A DNA stretch of 63,946 bases, filler included, from Octopus bimaculoides (lineage: Eukaryota), in NCBI RefSeq assembly GCF_001194135.2. It is 8 parts of 8 records of this genome, joined end to end, with 100 filler letters (N's around TTAATTAATTAA, not from the genome) between each part and the next. Parts side by side here need not be neighbours in the genome. Positions count along the whole stretch, not along the records: positions 31,943 to 47,219 come from NC_068985.1; positions 47,320 to 51,966 come from NW_026423618.1; 6 more parts are not named here. The stretch is one strand, 5' to 3'. Below, piece after piece: positions 37,676-49,306 of the stretch. The notes beneath the pieces were generated by a model. The model searched no databases. It was not told where the DNA came from and worked only from the letters and a program-made list of their open reading frames with translations. Numbering within the stretch: the first letter of the stretch is position 1; each line of letters begins with the position of its first letter. Both the position numbers and the translations under genes were made by a program.

Positions 37676-38363
37676 TATCATTCTTCTTCTTCTTCTTCTT
37701 CTTCTTCTTTCTCTCTCTATGTATATATATATGCGTGTGTGTGCGCCAGTGAGTGAGTGAATATACATACATATATATATATGCGTATGTGTGTGTGTGT
37801 ATGTGTCTACACACATCCCCCTATGTTAGCAAGTGTAGTAGCACCTCTGCATCTCTTTAAAATCAATGCATTCTAATCTTTCTTTAACAAGGTTCACCCT
37901 ATCTATATTTCTTTCCCATATACTTTCTCTTGTATATTTTCTTTTCTTTTCTACAGTTTATACGTTTATATTTACAATTATTTACAATTACTTGATGTGA
38001 TTATTTAACATAAGGACAATTGTAGTAAAGCCCCATTTTTTAATAAAGTGGAAAATACCAACATGACTGTCTGAACTTAGTATTTTTAGCGGGACACTAC
38101 ATTATGTATGCATGTACCTGACGTGACTCAGGCTGCAAAGTTGATGCAACACAATACGATGCACAGCATTCCATTCATAAAGGACAGTCATAGGATGGGT
38201 CTAAACGGTCGTCGTACGGAGTAAAGACTAATACCAAATTCATCTTCTGTTTACTCAATCAATTATATGCATAAACTGCTGTCTGTTTTAATCTTATGTA
38301 TACACATCAGCGATTCGCTAAATCATCCATGGATTTCTATGATGAAAACAGACAGTGAATTAA

Positions 38364-38464
38364 GTCCGAAATCTGCTGAAATAGAGCGAGTCCTTACTGA
38401 TGAAGCAACGGAAACTGTCGAAACTGAATTCAATATAAGGAATTCTAGAACGGCGTTTTCGGAC
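38364..38464 (+). ncRNA. Type I hammerhead ribozyme with extended stem I (decayed)
   Basis: Stem I UCCUUA/UAAGGA, CUGAUGA, stem II AGCA/UGUC, GAAA, stem III C-UGAAUUCA-A-U, cleavage triplet AUA; outer helices GUCCGAAA/UUUCGGAC, UGCUG/CGGCG, UAGAG/UUCUA. Two A's sit where G is expected. Confidence 0.65.
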
Positions 38465-39444
38465 AATTATAGTCCTTGTTTGTGTATATGTACATAATTA
38501 TGTGCTTTGACTACAGGATTAGAGCACTTTAGCTCCTGTTTCTAGCAATATAAGTATTTATAACACCCTAGTCGCATTTAGTGACAATTCTAGTTTTCCT
38601 TTTTCGTAAAACATTGCAAACTGCTGTCTATTTTAATTATATATATATATATATANNNNNNNNNNNNNNNNNNNNNNNNNNNNNNNNNNNNNNNNNNNNN
38701 NNNNNNNNNNNNNNNNNNNNNNNNNNNNNNNNNNNNNNNNNNNNNNNNNNNNNNNNNNNNNNNNNNNNNNNNNNNNNNNNNNNNNNNNNNNNNNNNNNNN
38801 NNNNNNNNNNNNNNNNNNNNNNNNNNNNNNNNNNNNNNNNNNNNNNNNNNNNNNNNNNNNNNNNNNNNNNNNNNNNNNNNNNNNNNNNNNNNNNNNNNNN
38901 NNNNNNNNNNNNNNNNNNNNNNNNNNNNNNNNNNNNNNNNNNNNNNNNNNNNNNNNNNNNNNNNNNNNNNNNNNNNNNNNNNNNNNNNNNNNNNNNNNNN
39001 NNNNNNNNNNNNNNNNNNNNNNNNNNNNNNNNNNNNNNNNNNNNNNNNNNNNNNNNNNNNNNNNNNNNNNNNNNNNNNNNNNNNNNNNNNNNNNNNNNNN
39101 NNNNNNNNNNNNNNNNNNNNNNNNNNNNNNNNNNNNNNNNNNNNNNNNNNNNNNNNNNNNNNNNNNNNNNNNNNNNNNNNNNNNNNNNNNNNNNNNNNNN
39201 NNNNNNNNNNNNNNNNNNNNNNNNNNNNNNNNNNNNNNNNNNNNNNNNNNNNNNNNNNNNNNNNNNNNNNNNNNNNNNNNNNNNNNNNNNNNNNNNNNNN
39301 NNNNNNNNNNNNNNNNNNNNNNNNNNNNNNNNNNNNNNNNNNNNNNNNNNNNNNNNNNNNNNNNNNNNNNNNNNNNNNNNNNNNNNNNNNNNNNNNNNNN
39401 NNNNNNNNNNNNNNNNNNNNNNNNNNNNNNNNNNNNNNNNNNNN

Positions 39445-39488
<44 letters not shown>

Positions 39489-39856
39489 AAAACAGACATA
39501 TTTAATTCGGTGAAATAAGTTGCTGTTCAAAGTAGTTTGCCATGACGCGTTAGCAGTGTGTAAAATGAGGCACATTTTCAACTGATTGTCATTTTAATTA
39601 GCAATAAAGAGACAATTGGTGTGTAGAATATTAAACATGCTGTTATCTGATCAATTACACCAGTCCTCATACCTCATATAAGAACCTATCCTACATAGAA
39701 CTAACACACTACAGGAAATCATCGACTTAAATGAGTTGTCAGAAGACAATTTACTGAACAAATTGTCTTTTTATTTTTTTCCAAACTGCACTGCTGTTAA
39801 GAAACAATTTTATTACATTATTTTCGAGCATTAGAATTAATTATTATTATTATTAC

Positions 39857-39928
<72 letters not shown>

Positions 39929-39991
39929 CATCCTCCTCCTCCTCCTCCTCCTCATCATCATCATTATTATCATTGTTGTTGTTGTTGCTGT

Positions 39992-40158
39992 TAAGGCCGC
40001 GAGCGAGCAGAATCATTAGCCCGTCGCTACGTTTTGAGTTCAAATTCCGCCGACGTCGACTTTGCCTTTCATCCTTTTCGGGATCGATTAAATAAGTACC
40101 AGTTATGCACTGGAGTTGATCCCCTCCCCAAAGCTACTCTTGTGGCAAAAATCTGAAA

Positions 40159-40165
<7 letters not shown>
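39992..40165 (+). mobile_element. SINE family A with an internal deletion in the head
   Basis: Lacks about 30 nt relative to the 26679 copy. Confidence 0.8.
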
Positions 40166-40192
<27 letters not shown>

Positions 40193-40196
40193 CATT

Positions 40197-40498
40197 ATTA
40201 TTATTGAGAGAGCAGTGCATACCATCAAAGTGACACTGGGGTAAAATATACGAGGCTCTGTACACCCATCATGACTACCCGTCTGATAAGGGTACACCAG
40301 GCACATGCATCACAATTATATGTGCGCGACACAGTGATCTCATATCAAGATAAACAGCGCACGATCTTGTAGGTGGGGTCCAGTCAGAAATTTCCTCAGG
40401 TCGACTAGTCCATCCCACTCAAAAGATCCCTGAATAAGGGTTGTTTAAGGATGATCAATAAAACATCCAAGTTTCCAAAGATGAATTATCCAAATCTC
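40197..40498 (-). mobile_element. Repeat E, 3' portion
   Basis: Reverse complement aligns with about 17170-17457; (ATT)n tail at about 40158-40200. Confidence 0.85.
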
Positions 40499-41772
40499 AA
40501 TGGGTATAAGAAGCACCCAAATTTACCAGCCTGTCATTCGTTTCCCGAACGCAGCAAGCATGCCAAGACTGACACGAAATCAGACGGCCCAAGCCATCAG
40601 ACATCTCCGTGAAATTCACCGTCCATGGGTCATTGTTAATAACTTGAACTGCAGTATTCGGACAATTGAGCGGCTGAGGAAACGATACAATTCCACAAAC
40701 AGCAAGGATGATTGTCCACGCAGTGGGCGACCGAGGGTTGCAACAGCACGTCAAGATCGCCACCTGCACAGACAGCACTTCCAAGATCGATTCCAGAGGG
40801 CAACGGAATCAGCTAGGCAGACCATATGGGACTCACTACAGAACCATTTGTGCAGAGACAGTTCGCCGTCGTCTGAGATGTTTCATTCTGTTATTTCGAT
40901 ATCCGGCTAGGGGACCCATCCTCACAGATCGTCATCGACGGGCACGTCTGTAGTGGGCTCAAAATCGTCAGAAATGGTGATATCAGCAGTGGAGGACTAT
41001 AGTCTTCTCTGACGAAAGTCAATATTGCATTTCTGTGGCAGATGGCAGAGCTAGGGGTTGGAGAGGAAAGGGTGAACGCCATGCCGATGGCTGTGTGGTG
41101 GAGAGAGAGACTCGTGGGGAGGACAGAAATCATGGTATGGGGTGGGATTGCACTCACCCAGAAACTCGGACTAGTGGTCTTCTAAAATGTCGACCAAGGC
41201 CGGAGCAATGGAGTAAACGCCGCTCGCTACATCGACCAAGTGTTGAGGCCTCACATTGTCATACTTTGCCCGTCATCGGAATCACGTGTTCCTACACGAC
41301 AATACCCGTACACATACTGCCAGGTTGACGAAAGACTTCCCCCAACAGCACAACATCCAGACACTGTTATGATCTGCCCTAAGTCCGGACTTGAAACCCA
41401 CAAAGCACCTATGGAATGAAATCCAAAGAAGGCAACATGACAACTGCGGCACAACTCAATGCAAGTTTTAACAGAGTGTGGGCTGCTGTCCCAATGTCCT
41501 TCATCCATATTTTGGTGCGTTCAATGTACAGAAGATGCCTGGTCGTAATCAACGCTAACGGTGGTTACACGAGATATTGAGTTCATCTCTTTGGATCCAG
41601 GACACTGTCATCACGTGACACCATGTGACGTCAGACATTTTTCAGAAATGACGTTTTATCATTAGGGAAAGAATGGTTTCTTAATTAACACTCTTCAGTC
41701 AATACTATGGCAGTCTGTTAATAAACTGGTTTCTATTTAGTATGTGTGCAACGTTTCTTTTGTGGTTCAGTT
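40499..41772 (+). mobile_element. Tc1-family DNA transposon, left TIR lost
   Basis: Transposase remnant, right end ...GTGGTTCAGTT followed by (TA)n; no matching left TIR. Confidence 0.9.
40560..41580 (+). pseudogene. Tc1 DD34E transposase pseudogene
   Basis: MPRLTRNQ HTH, PRSGRPR, FSDES, MVWGGI, HDN, SPDLKPTKHLW (E to K), NGGYTRY*; frameshifts and stops. Confidence 0.92.
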
Positions 41773-42128
41773 TATATATATATATATGTATATATATATT
41801 CTTCTTTGATTCCCTTTTTTTAAAAATACAATACTTATTTCGCTTTCCCTGTGCTTCTCTCATCTTTTGGTTCCCATTGATGAAAGACTAACGTCCGAAA
41901 AGTCGACTTGCATTTTTTATATTGAAGCGTTAACTAATACCATATTTATTTATCTAACTGTTCTGCTTCCTCGTCCTTCTTTATTGTCGAAGTTTCGGCC
42001 TGCCTGCTATCCTACATCGGACTCAATATACAAACAAACTTTGTGTGTGTGTATGTGTGTGTGTATGTGTGTTGCATTATATAAATACATATACGCACGC
42101 ATACATGCACACAAACACACATACACAG

Positions 42129-42177
<49 letters not shown>

Positions 42178-42237
42178 CATATATATGTATATACATCTCT
42201 CTCACTCACTCTCTCACTCACTCTCTCTCTCTATGTA

Positions 42238-42339
<102 letters not shown>

Positions 42340-42598
42340 TACGTACACAAGCTTAAACACATTCACATAAATGATAAATGTGTGTATGTGACATTGTATC
42401 TGTGAGTATGTTCGTACCTACATGTATGCATTTATGTACATGCGTATGTATATGTCCCTATATGTTCGTATGTCTCCTGTAATATTAGCCTGCCTTCTAT
42501 CTCACTGTCTCTTATTAAAAGACATTATCTTCGCACGTTTCATATTTCGCTTTTATACAAAACAAGCAGACATTTTATCCCGTCCTGATTTTCACTGC

Positions 42599-42643
<45 letters not shown>

Positions 42644-42868
42644 TTATTCTCTCCTCCCACTCTATTTATTCATTTTACTCATTTACTGTTTAAGTTATTG
42701 GAGCATGTGTATTACACTAGCAATTAGACAGTTCCAATTAGATATTAAATGTTTCAAGACAATTACTTAATATCCGCTTTTTACTTTCTGTTTTGATGTT
42801 TCTTGGTATTTTGACCATAAATACGGACACTGAACTAACTAAACAGTTGATATACTAACAACGATGAT

Positions 42869-42922
<54 letters not shown>

Positions 42923-43501
42923 TCACACACACACATACACACACATATCACACACACAAACGCACATATTAAGAAGACACATACGTTCATACATATGTGC
43001 ATACATCCATACATATATACATGTACATACATACACACATACATGCACATATATACACACACATACATGCATACACACACATGCATACAGATACATACTC
43101 ACATACATAACCACACACATACATACATATACACATACATATGCACACATATATACACACACATACGTACACATACANNNNNNNNNNNNNNNNNNNNNNN
43201 NNNNNNNNNNNNNNNNNNNNNNNNNNNNNNNNNNNNNNNNNNNNNNNNNNNNNNNNNNNNNNNNNNNNNNNNNNNNNNNNNNNNNNNNNNNNNNNNNNNN
43301 NNNNNNNNNNNNNNNNNNNNNNNNNNNNNNNNNNNNNNNNNNNNNNNNNNNNNNNNNNNNNNNNNNNNNNNNNNNNNNNNNNNNNNNNNNNNNNNNNNNN
43401 NNNNNNNNNNNNNNNNNNNNNNNNNNNNNNNNNNNNNNNNNNNNNNNNNNNNNNNNNNNNNNNNNNNNNNNNNNNNNNNNNNNNNNNNNNNNNNNNNNNN
43501 N

Positions 43502-43700
43502 ACATAACCACACATATATAACATACATACATATTCACACACATACATACAGATAGATACATACACGTACATACACACATACATAACCACACATATATAA
43601 CATACATACATATTCACACACATACATACAGGTAGATACATACACGTACATACACACATACATAACCACACACATACATAACATACATACATATACACGC
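43502..43700. repeat. 79-bp higher-order repeat built from CA/TA microsatellite
   Basis: ACATAACCAC at 43502, 43581 and 43660. Confidence 0.8.
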
Positions 43701-43993
43701 ACACATACATACATACACATACATACATACAAGCATACATACACGTACACACACTCAGGCGTGTTTACATACAGACGCCACATTCGACCTTAAGCACAAC
43801 ACAACCTCAATCCGGGCGACCAACCCAGAGGATGGGTTATCAAATTATTTGTCTCTGCTCAATTAAGTTGTTGTTGCTGTTGCTGCTGCTGCTGTCGACG
43901 TCATCGTCATCGTTGTCATTGATAATGTTGCTGTTGTCATCTTTGTTGTCATTTTCGACATTATGGTTTCTCATGCTGGTGGTAGTGATGAGA

Positions 43994-44349
43994 GTGGAGG
44001 TGCAATGGCCCAGTGGTTTCGATTCCCAGACCGGGCGTTGTGAGTGTTTATTGAGCGAAAACACCTAAAAGCTCCACGAGGCTCCGGCAGGGGCTCGGCT
44101 GGTGGTGAACCCTGCTGTACTCTTCCACCGCAACTTTCTCTCACTCTTACTTCCTGTTTCTGTTGTGCCTGTATTTCAAAGGGTCAGCCTTGTCACACTG
44201 TGTCATGCTGAATATCCCAGTGAACTACGTTGAGGGTACACGTGTCTGTGGAGTGCTCAGCCACTTGCACGTTAATTTCACGAGCAGGCTGTTCCGTTGA
44301 TCGGATCAACTGGGACCCTCGTCGTCGTAAGCGACGGAGTGCCAACAAC
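43994..44349 (+). mobile_element. SINE family B with complete 3' end and a 34-nt deletion in the tRNA head
   Basis: Aligns with 10918-11274; ends GTCGTCGTAAGCGACGGAGTGCCAACAAC. Confidence 0.9.
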
Positions 44350-44395
44350 GGTAGTGGTGAGAATAGTGTTAGTGGTGGTGGCGGTTGTGACTAGG

Positions 44396-44880
44396 GAAGT
44401 GGTGGTCATGGTGGGAACGGTGTTGTTGGTGGTGTTGGTGGTTGTGGCTTAGAAGTGGTGGTCATGGTGGTNNNNNNNNNNNNNNNNNNNNNNNNNNNNN
44501 NNNNNNNNNNNNNNNNNNNNNNNNNNNNNNNNNNNNNNNNNNNNNNNNNNNNNNNNNNNNNNNNNNNNNNNNNNNNNNNNNNNNNNNNNNNNNNNNNNNN
44601 NNNNNNNNNNNNNNNNNNNNNNNNNNNNNNNNNNNNNNNNNNNNNNNNNNNNNNNNNNNNNNNNNNNNNNNNNNNNNNNNNNNNNNNNNNNNNNNNNNNN
44701 NNNNNNNNNNNNNNNNNNNNNNNNNNNNNNNNNNNNNNNNNNNNNNAGGGAAGTGGTGGTCATGGTGGGAACGGTGTTGTTGGTGGTGTTGGTGGTTGTG
44801 GCTTAGAAGTGGTGGTCATGGTGGGAACGGTGTTGTTGGTGGTGTTGGTGGTTGTGGCTTAGAAGTGGTGGTCATGGTGG
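44396..44880. repeat. 56-bp GT-rich minisatellite spanning a gap
   Basis: GAAGTGGTGGTCATGG at 44396, 44452, 44750, 44806 and 44862. Confidence 0.85.
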
Positions 44881-45261
44881 TCATGGTGAGGTGATAGCGT
44901 TCATAATGATGGTGGTGGCATTGGTGGGGATGGTGGCGGTGTTGTTTTGTTGACGACATTCTTGTTGTTGTTGCTGATGCTGATGTTGATGTTGGCGGTG
45001 ATGCTGATGTTGATGGTGGAGGTGCTGCTGATTTTAGTGGCGGCAGTATTGGTGATAGTGCTGGTGATGCCGCTGATGGCAGTGGTAGTGGTGGTGATGG
45101 TAGTGGTGGTGATGGTAGTGGTGGTGGTAGTGGCGGTGACGGTAGTGATTGCTCTACTACTGCTTTGCCATCGTCGTCTCCACTGCTGCTGCTGCTCAGA
45201 TCGATCACTCCTGATTTTCTGATTGAACAGTCCTATATGTGATCAAACCAACGAGCCCGCC

Positions 45262-45400
45262 GATGTCGACTCTGTCTTCCTTCCGTTCGGGGTCGGTGAA
45301 AGAAGTACCAGTGATGCACTGAGGTCGATGTTATCGTCTAGTCCCTCCCCCCTCCCCCGAATTTCAGGTCTTGTGCCTACAGCAGAAAGGAGTATTATCA
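45262..45400 (+). mobile_element. SINE family A, 3' fragment
   Basis: GTCGACTCTGTCTTCCTTCCGTTCGGGGTCGG...TTGTGCCTACAGCAGAAAGG. Confidence 0.7.
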
Positions 45401-45489
45401 GGTATAGTGTAAAATGTCAGTGAAAATTTAGGGATTCAGAGTAGACACAATCCCAGCCCCAGCTACGGCAAAATAACTACATTAGCTTT

Positions 45490-45915
45490 CTTTTATCCGT
45501 TACTTGTTTCAGTCATTGGACTGCAACCATACTGGAGCATCACCTTAGAGGGTTTCATGGGAAACATCGATACCAGTACTCTTCTGTTTTGTTTTAAGTC
45601 AAGTACTTATTTTTCTCAATTTCTTGTGCCGAATCGTTAAGTTACAGGAATGCAAACAAACTGACACCAATTAAGAAGTGATGGAGGACACACAAACACA
45701 CCCACGCAGTGGGTTTCTTTCAGTTACCAGGTCCACTCTCAAGGCCTTGATCCACTCTCAAGGCCTTGATCCACTCTCAAGGCCTTGATCGGCTCGGGGT
45801 CCACTCTCAAGGCTTTGATCAGCCCTGGGTTTTAGTAGAAGGCCATTGCCGAAGGTGCTACGCGGTGGATTGGGACCTGGAATAATGTAGTTGGGAAGCA
45901 AACTTCTTACCACAC
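45490..45915 (-). mobile_element. SINE family C, diverged, with an internal 19-bp tandem amplification
   Basis: TCCACTCTCAAGGCCTTGA units at 45732, 45751 and 45770, plus a fourth copy at 45800. Confidence 0.8.
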
Positions 45916-46054
45916 ATCCACGCCTGTCCATAAATGTGTAGATTTTGAAAATGGCATCAAAGTTTGCTCTTGATACGTCCTCGTTGTGACCTGGTGTTGT
46001 TATCTGAAAACGGACTGAGGGTATCAAGCTTGCACAATCTGTAGAGCTTTGCGA

Positions 46055-46210
46055 AAATGCTCTGTGGTGTTTGTATCGAAGTTTTTGAATTCTGAGTTGA
46101 AATCCCGCCGAGGTCAGATTGGCTGTTCATCCCTCCTGGGTCGGTAAAGTGAAATCCTAGCCAAGTACAAGTTGATGTAATCGACCAAGCTTCTGGCCTT
46201 GTATCCAAAT
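46055..46210 (+). mobile_element. SINE family A, diverged fragment
   Basis: GAGTTGAAATCCCGCCGAGGTC...TTCATCCCTCCTGGGTCGGTAAA. Confidence 0.65.
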
Positions 46211-46857
46211 TATTACTAAGTTATCTGAATATACTGTATGATAAACACCTCACACTGTCATTTATTTTCATTTTACTTCTCCAACTGTCACTCACACCCT
46301 CTTCTCGTTTCTGTCATGTCTCAAGCTACTGCTGTCTAGCACCTTCGGTTGATCTCTACTCAACCGCTACACAACTGCTACTCAACACTTCTACAACGGC
46401 TAGACTACCTTTATTTATATGTCTTGGGCGTTCCTACTTTTCCGCTTGGGGGCGTCGACACAACAGTTTCCCAGACTCTTCTTTAGACTGCAAATAAAAC
46501 ACGCGCACACGCACGCATACACACACACACACAAATGACACTTCGTAACAAAACACCCCCTTGCTCCATAAATTACGTGATAATTAAGTGTCAGAATCGT
46601 CATAGGTAAATCCTTTAACTGAAAGAGGCGTGCAGATTGGCCTTTTCAACTGTTCCAAGGAGAGATGCTTATTTGGTGCAGTTTCATGCTAGCTGTCTGC
46701 AATCAGCATTTTAGTTGCAATCACATTTTCGTAGGGAGCTATATCATCTACGCATTTTAAGCTGCATTTAAAGTTTCCACTTGAAGTCGACTTAAGCACC
46801 AACAGTATGCACCTATTATCTTACGTCATCAGACATCACGTTGCGCGCGATTTATTA

Positions 46858-47215
46858 TCCATACATATAAATTTGACATGGGCGATTCTGTCTTGTCTTG
46901 GGATTCGCGGGCAAACGGCTAGGTGGAATTGCGCGAAAGATTACGCAGATATGTAGAATGATCCGGTGGTGATGCGGGGCTTCGTATTTTTTTCATAGCT
47001 CCCATAGTTACCAAGACAATCTACTATAATACTCATGTGTTTATGAATGAGAAATGAAAGGGTGATAGATGAATAAGGAAGGAAGGGGTGATGTCATACT
47101 TGGTAGTGGGATGATGAAAACGTAAGTGAGCCCAACCAAGTCGAATGTTTACACAGAGCAGGTTTTACAGCCACATCATCCAAACCAACCGGGTGAAACC
47201 GGGCTCAGCTGCTAG
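46858..47215 (+). mobile_element. Complete 358-bp non-autonomous Helitron
   Basis: A|TC start, AAACGGCT motif, hairpin CCGG-GTGAAA-CCGG (47189-47202), CTAG|T end, no TSD. Confidence 0.8.
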
Positions 47216-49004
47216 TATANNNNNNNNNNNNNNNNNNNNNNNNNNNNNNNNNNNNNNNNNNNNTTAATTAATTAANNNNNNNNNNNNNNNNNNNNNNNNN
47301 NNNNNNNNNNNNNNNNNNNTTATCTTTCAGAAACACTGAGTTATAATGATTCCAATGAACCTTCACACAAAATGTAAGCTGGTTGAGAACTAACACAATC
47401 ACAAAGGAAACCAGGTACATATATTCCACCATCTGCAATTTTATTCATCGTTCTATTGATGTCCAAGTTCTATCTCCAGATTATTCATTACAATATGAAC
47501 AAGAGCAATTAGAGGGCGAAAACCTTCACCAGCGTCCTGTCATCGATTAGCCATAAATAGTTTTTAAAACCATAATATCTGAAATAAACACGACTGCTGT
47601 CACAAACAAGAATACTAAAGCTGCACACGACCGCTCCCCAAATTAAGGGGAAAAATCGGAAAAATAACCCAGAATCCTTGTCCAGATCGAACCCAAATCT
47701 AAATCTTTCAAACCAGTCACATGGTCAATCCATCCTTTTGTCCTTGGTATATCGTGTCTACAGGTAAAAAAAACAAACAAAAGTGCCTGAAATCAATAAC
47801 TCTGCCTTTGCTAAGGCGGTGAACATAACATCACCTGTGATACACACATATACACACACGTCCAACAACACATACAAACACACACATATACACACATAAA
47901 TATACATCTGTAGACAAAGACATACACACTCACACACACACACTATCTCTCTCTCTCTCTCTTTCTCTCTCTTTCTTTCTCATTCTCTCTTACACACAAA
48001 TATATATATCAAGAAACGGAGAAAGGAATCATATATTAAGCATAAAATATTTCATGAAAAAACTTACACGTTACTTACGAACAAAGAGAAGAATAAATAT
48101 ACAATATTTCATCGTTGTTTCTCGAATCATACTCGGATCCAATTGTTATAATATTAATTGAAATACATTAGAGAGGCGCAAATTCTTAATGGTGTATGTG
48201 AGTGTGCGTGTGATAGTGCAATAAGTGTTCAATTAACGAGACTAAATTACATCTACTTACATATGATAAGAAGATAAATCAGAAATGAAGCTTTCACCCG
48301 AAGGAGCAATGGATAAACATATATTTTGTACATTTATATATATAGATAAATCACGCAGCTGTAAGGTTTTTTTTTTATGTCACCGAAAATCAGTAAATCT
48401 CCCTTTTCGTTACGTGGCAATTTTATGTAATTATTTATGTTATTTTCTTATTTAATTTTAACCTACTGTTTTTCATCAAGAGACACAAGGTCAAGTATAA
48501 TTCTGGCAAAATATAACATTGGCTTAGGCTAGAAACATCGTGTTGGCAGATTCATTGGGATAAAATAAATTGCAATCATACCCTGTCCGGAGGGCGTCTT
48601 CCTAGAAAAGCAAATATCCAGTAATTGTTCCCTTCTCAGAAAAGTAGAAAATCTTGAAAATATTATCGAAAAACAAAAACACGCACACGCACACATAGAC
48701 ACACTCATACACACACAAACACTAACACACACATATGTGTGTGAGTGCTTCATGTATGTCAACAGTTATTGTATTCTGTACAGGTAGAAATTAAAAACAG
48801 AAACTGGAAATGTAAAGGGTTTCGTTACGAATTTTTAAATGTCATAAACGCTCTCCCCAATTTTTCTGATGTTCAAAAATTCAGAGAGAATGATTGTCCC
48901 AATATCACGATTTCTAAAATGAATCTGTTGAATGATACAATGGACAGGAATTGTCTCCAATTAATCTTGTGGCTATGTATTCAGGCTTCAAATTGAGATA
49001 TTAT

Positions 49005-49185
49005 TCTTATATTCTTGTACTTTTCTTCTTGTTTCAGTACTTTGGATGCGACCATGGTGGAGTACCGTTTTCAGTCGAAATAATCGACTCCATCACTTAT
49101 TTCTCGTAAGTCTGGTACTTATTTTATCGACCATACTCCCGAACACCTAAGTTACGAGCACGTTAACACACCCACATCTGCTCTG
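49005..49185 (-). mobile_element. SINE family C, diverged 3' part
   Basis: CTTGTTTCAGT..CCATGGTGGAGTACCG..AAGTTACG. Confidence 0.7.
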
Positions 49186-49265
49186 ATGCAACACAGAAAC
49201 ACAGATATGCAGAGAAACACACACACAGATATGCAGAGAAACACACACACATATATATGCATGCA

Positions 49266-49306
<41 letters not shown>

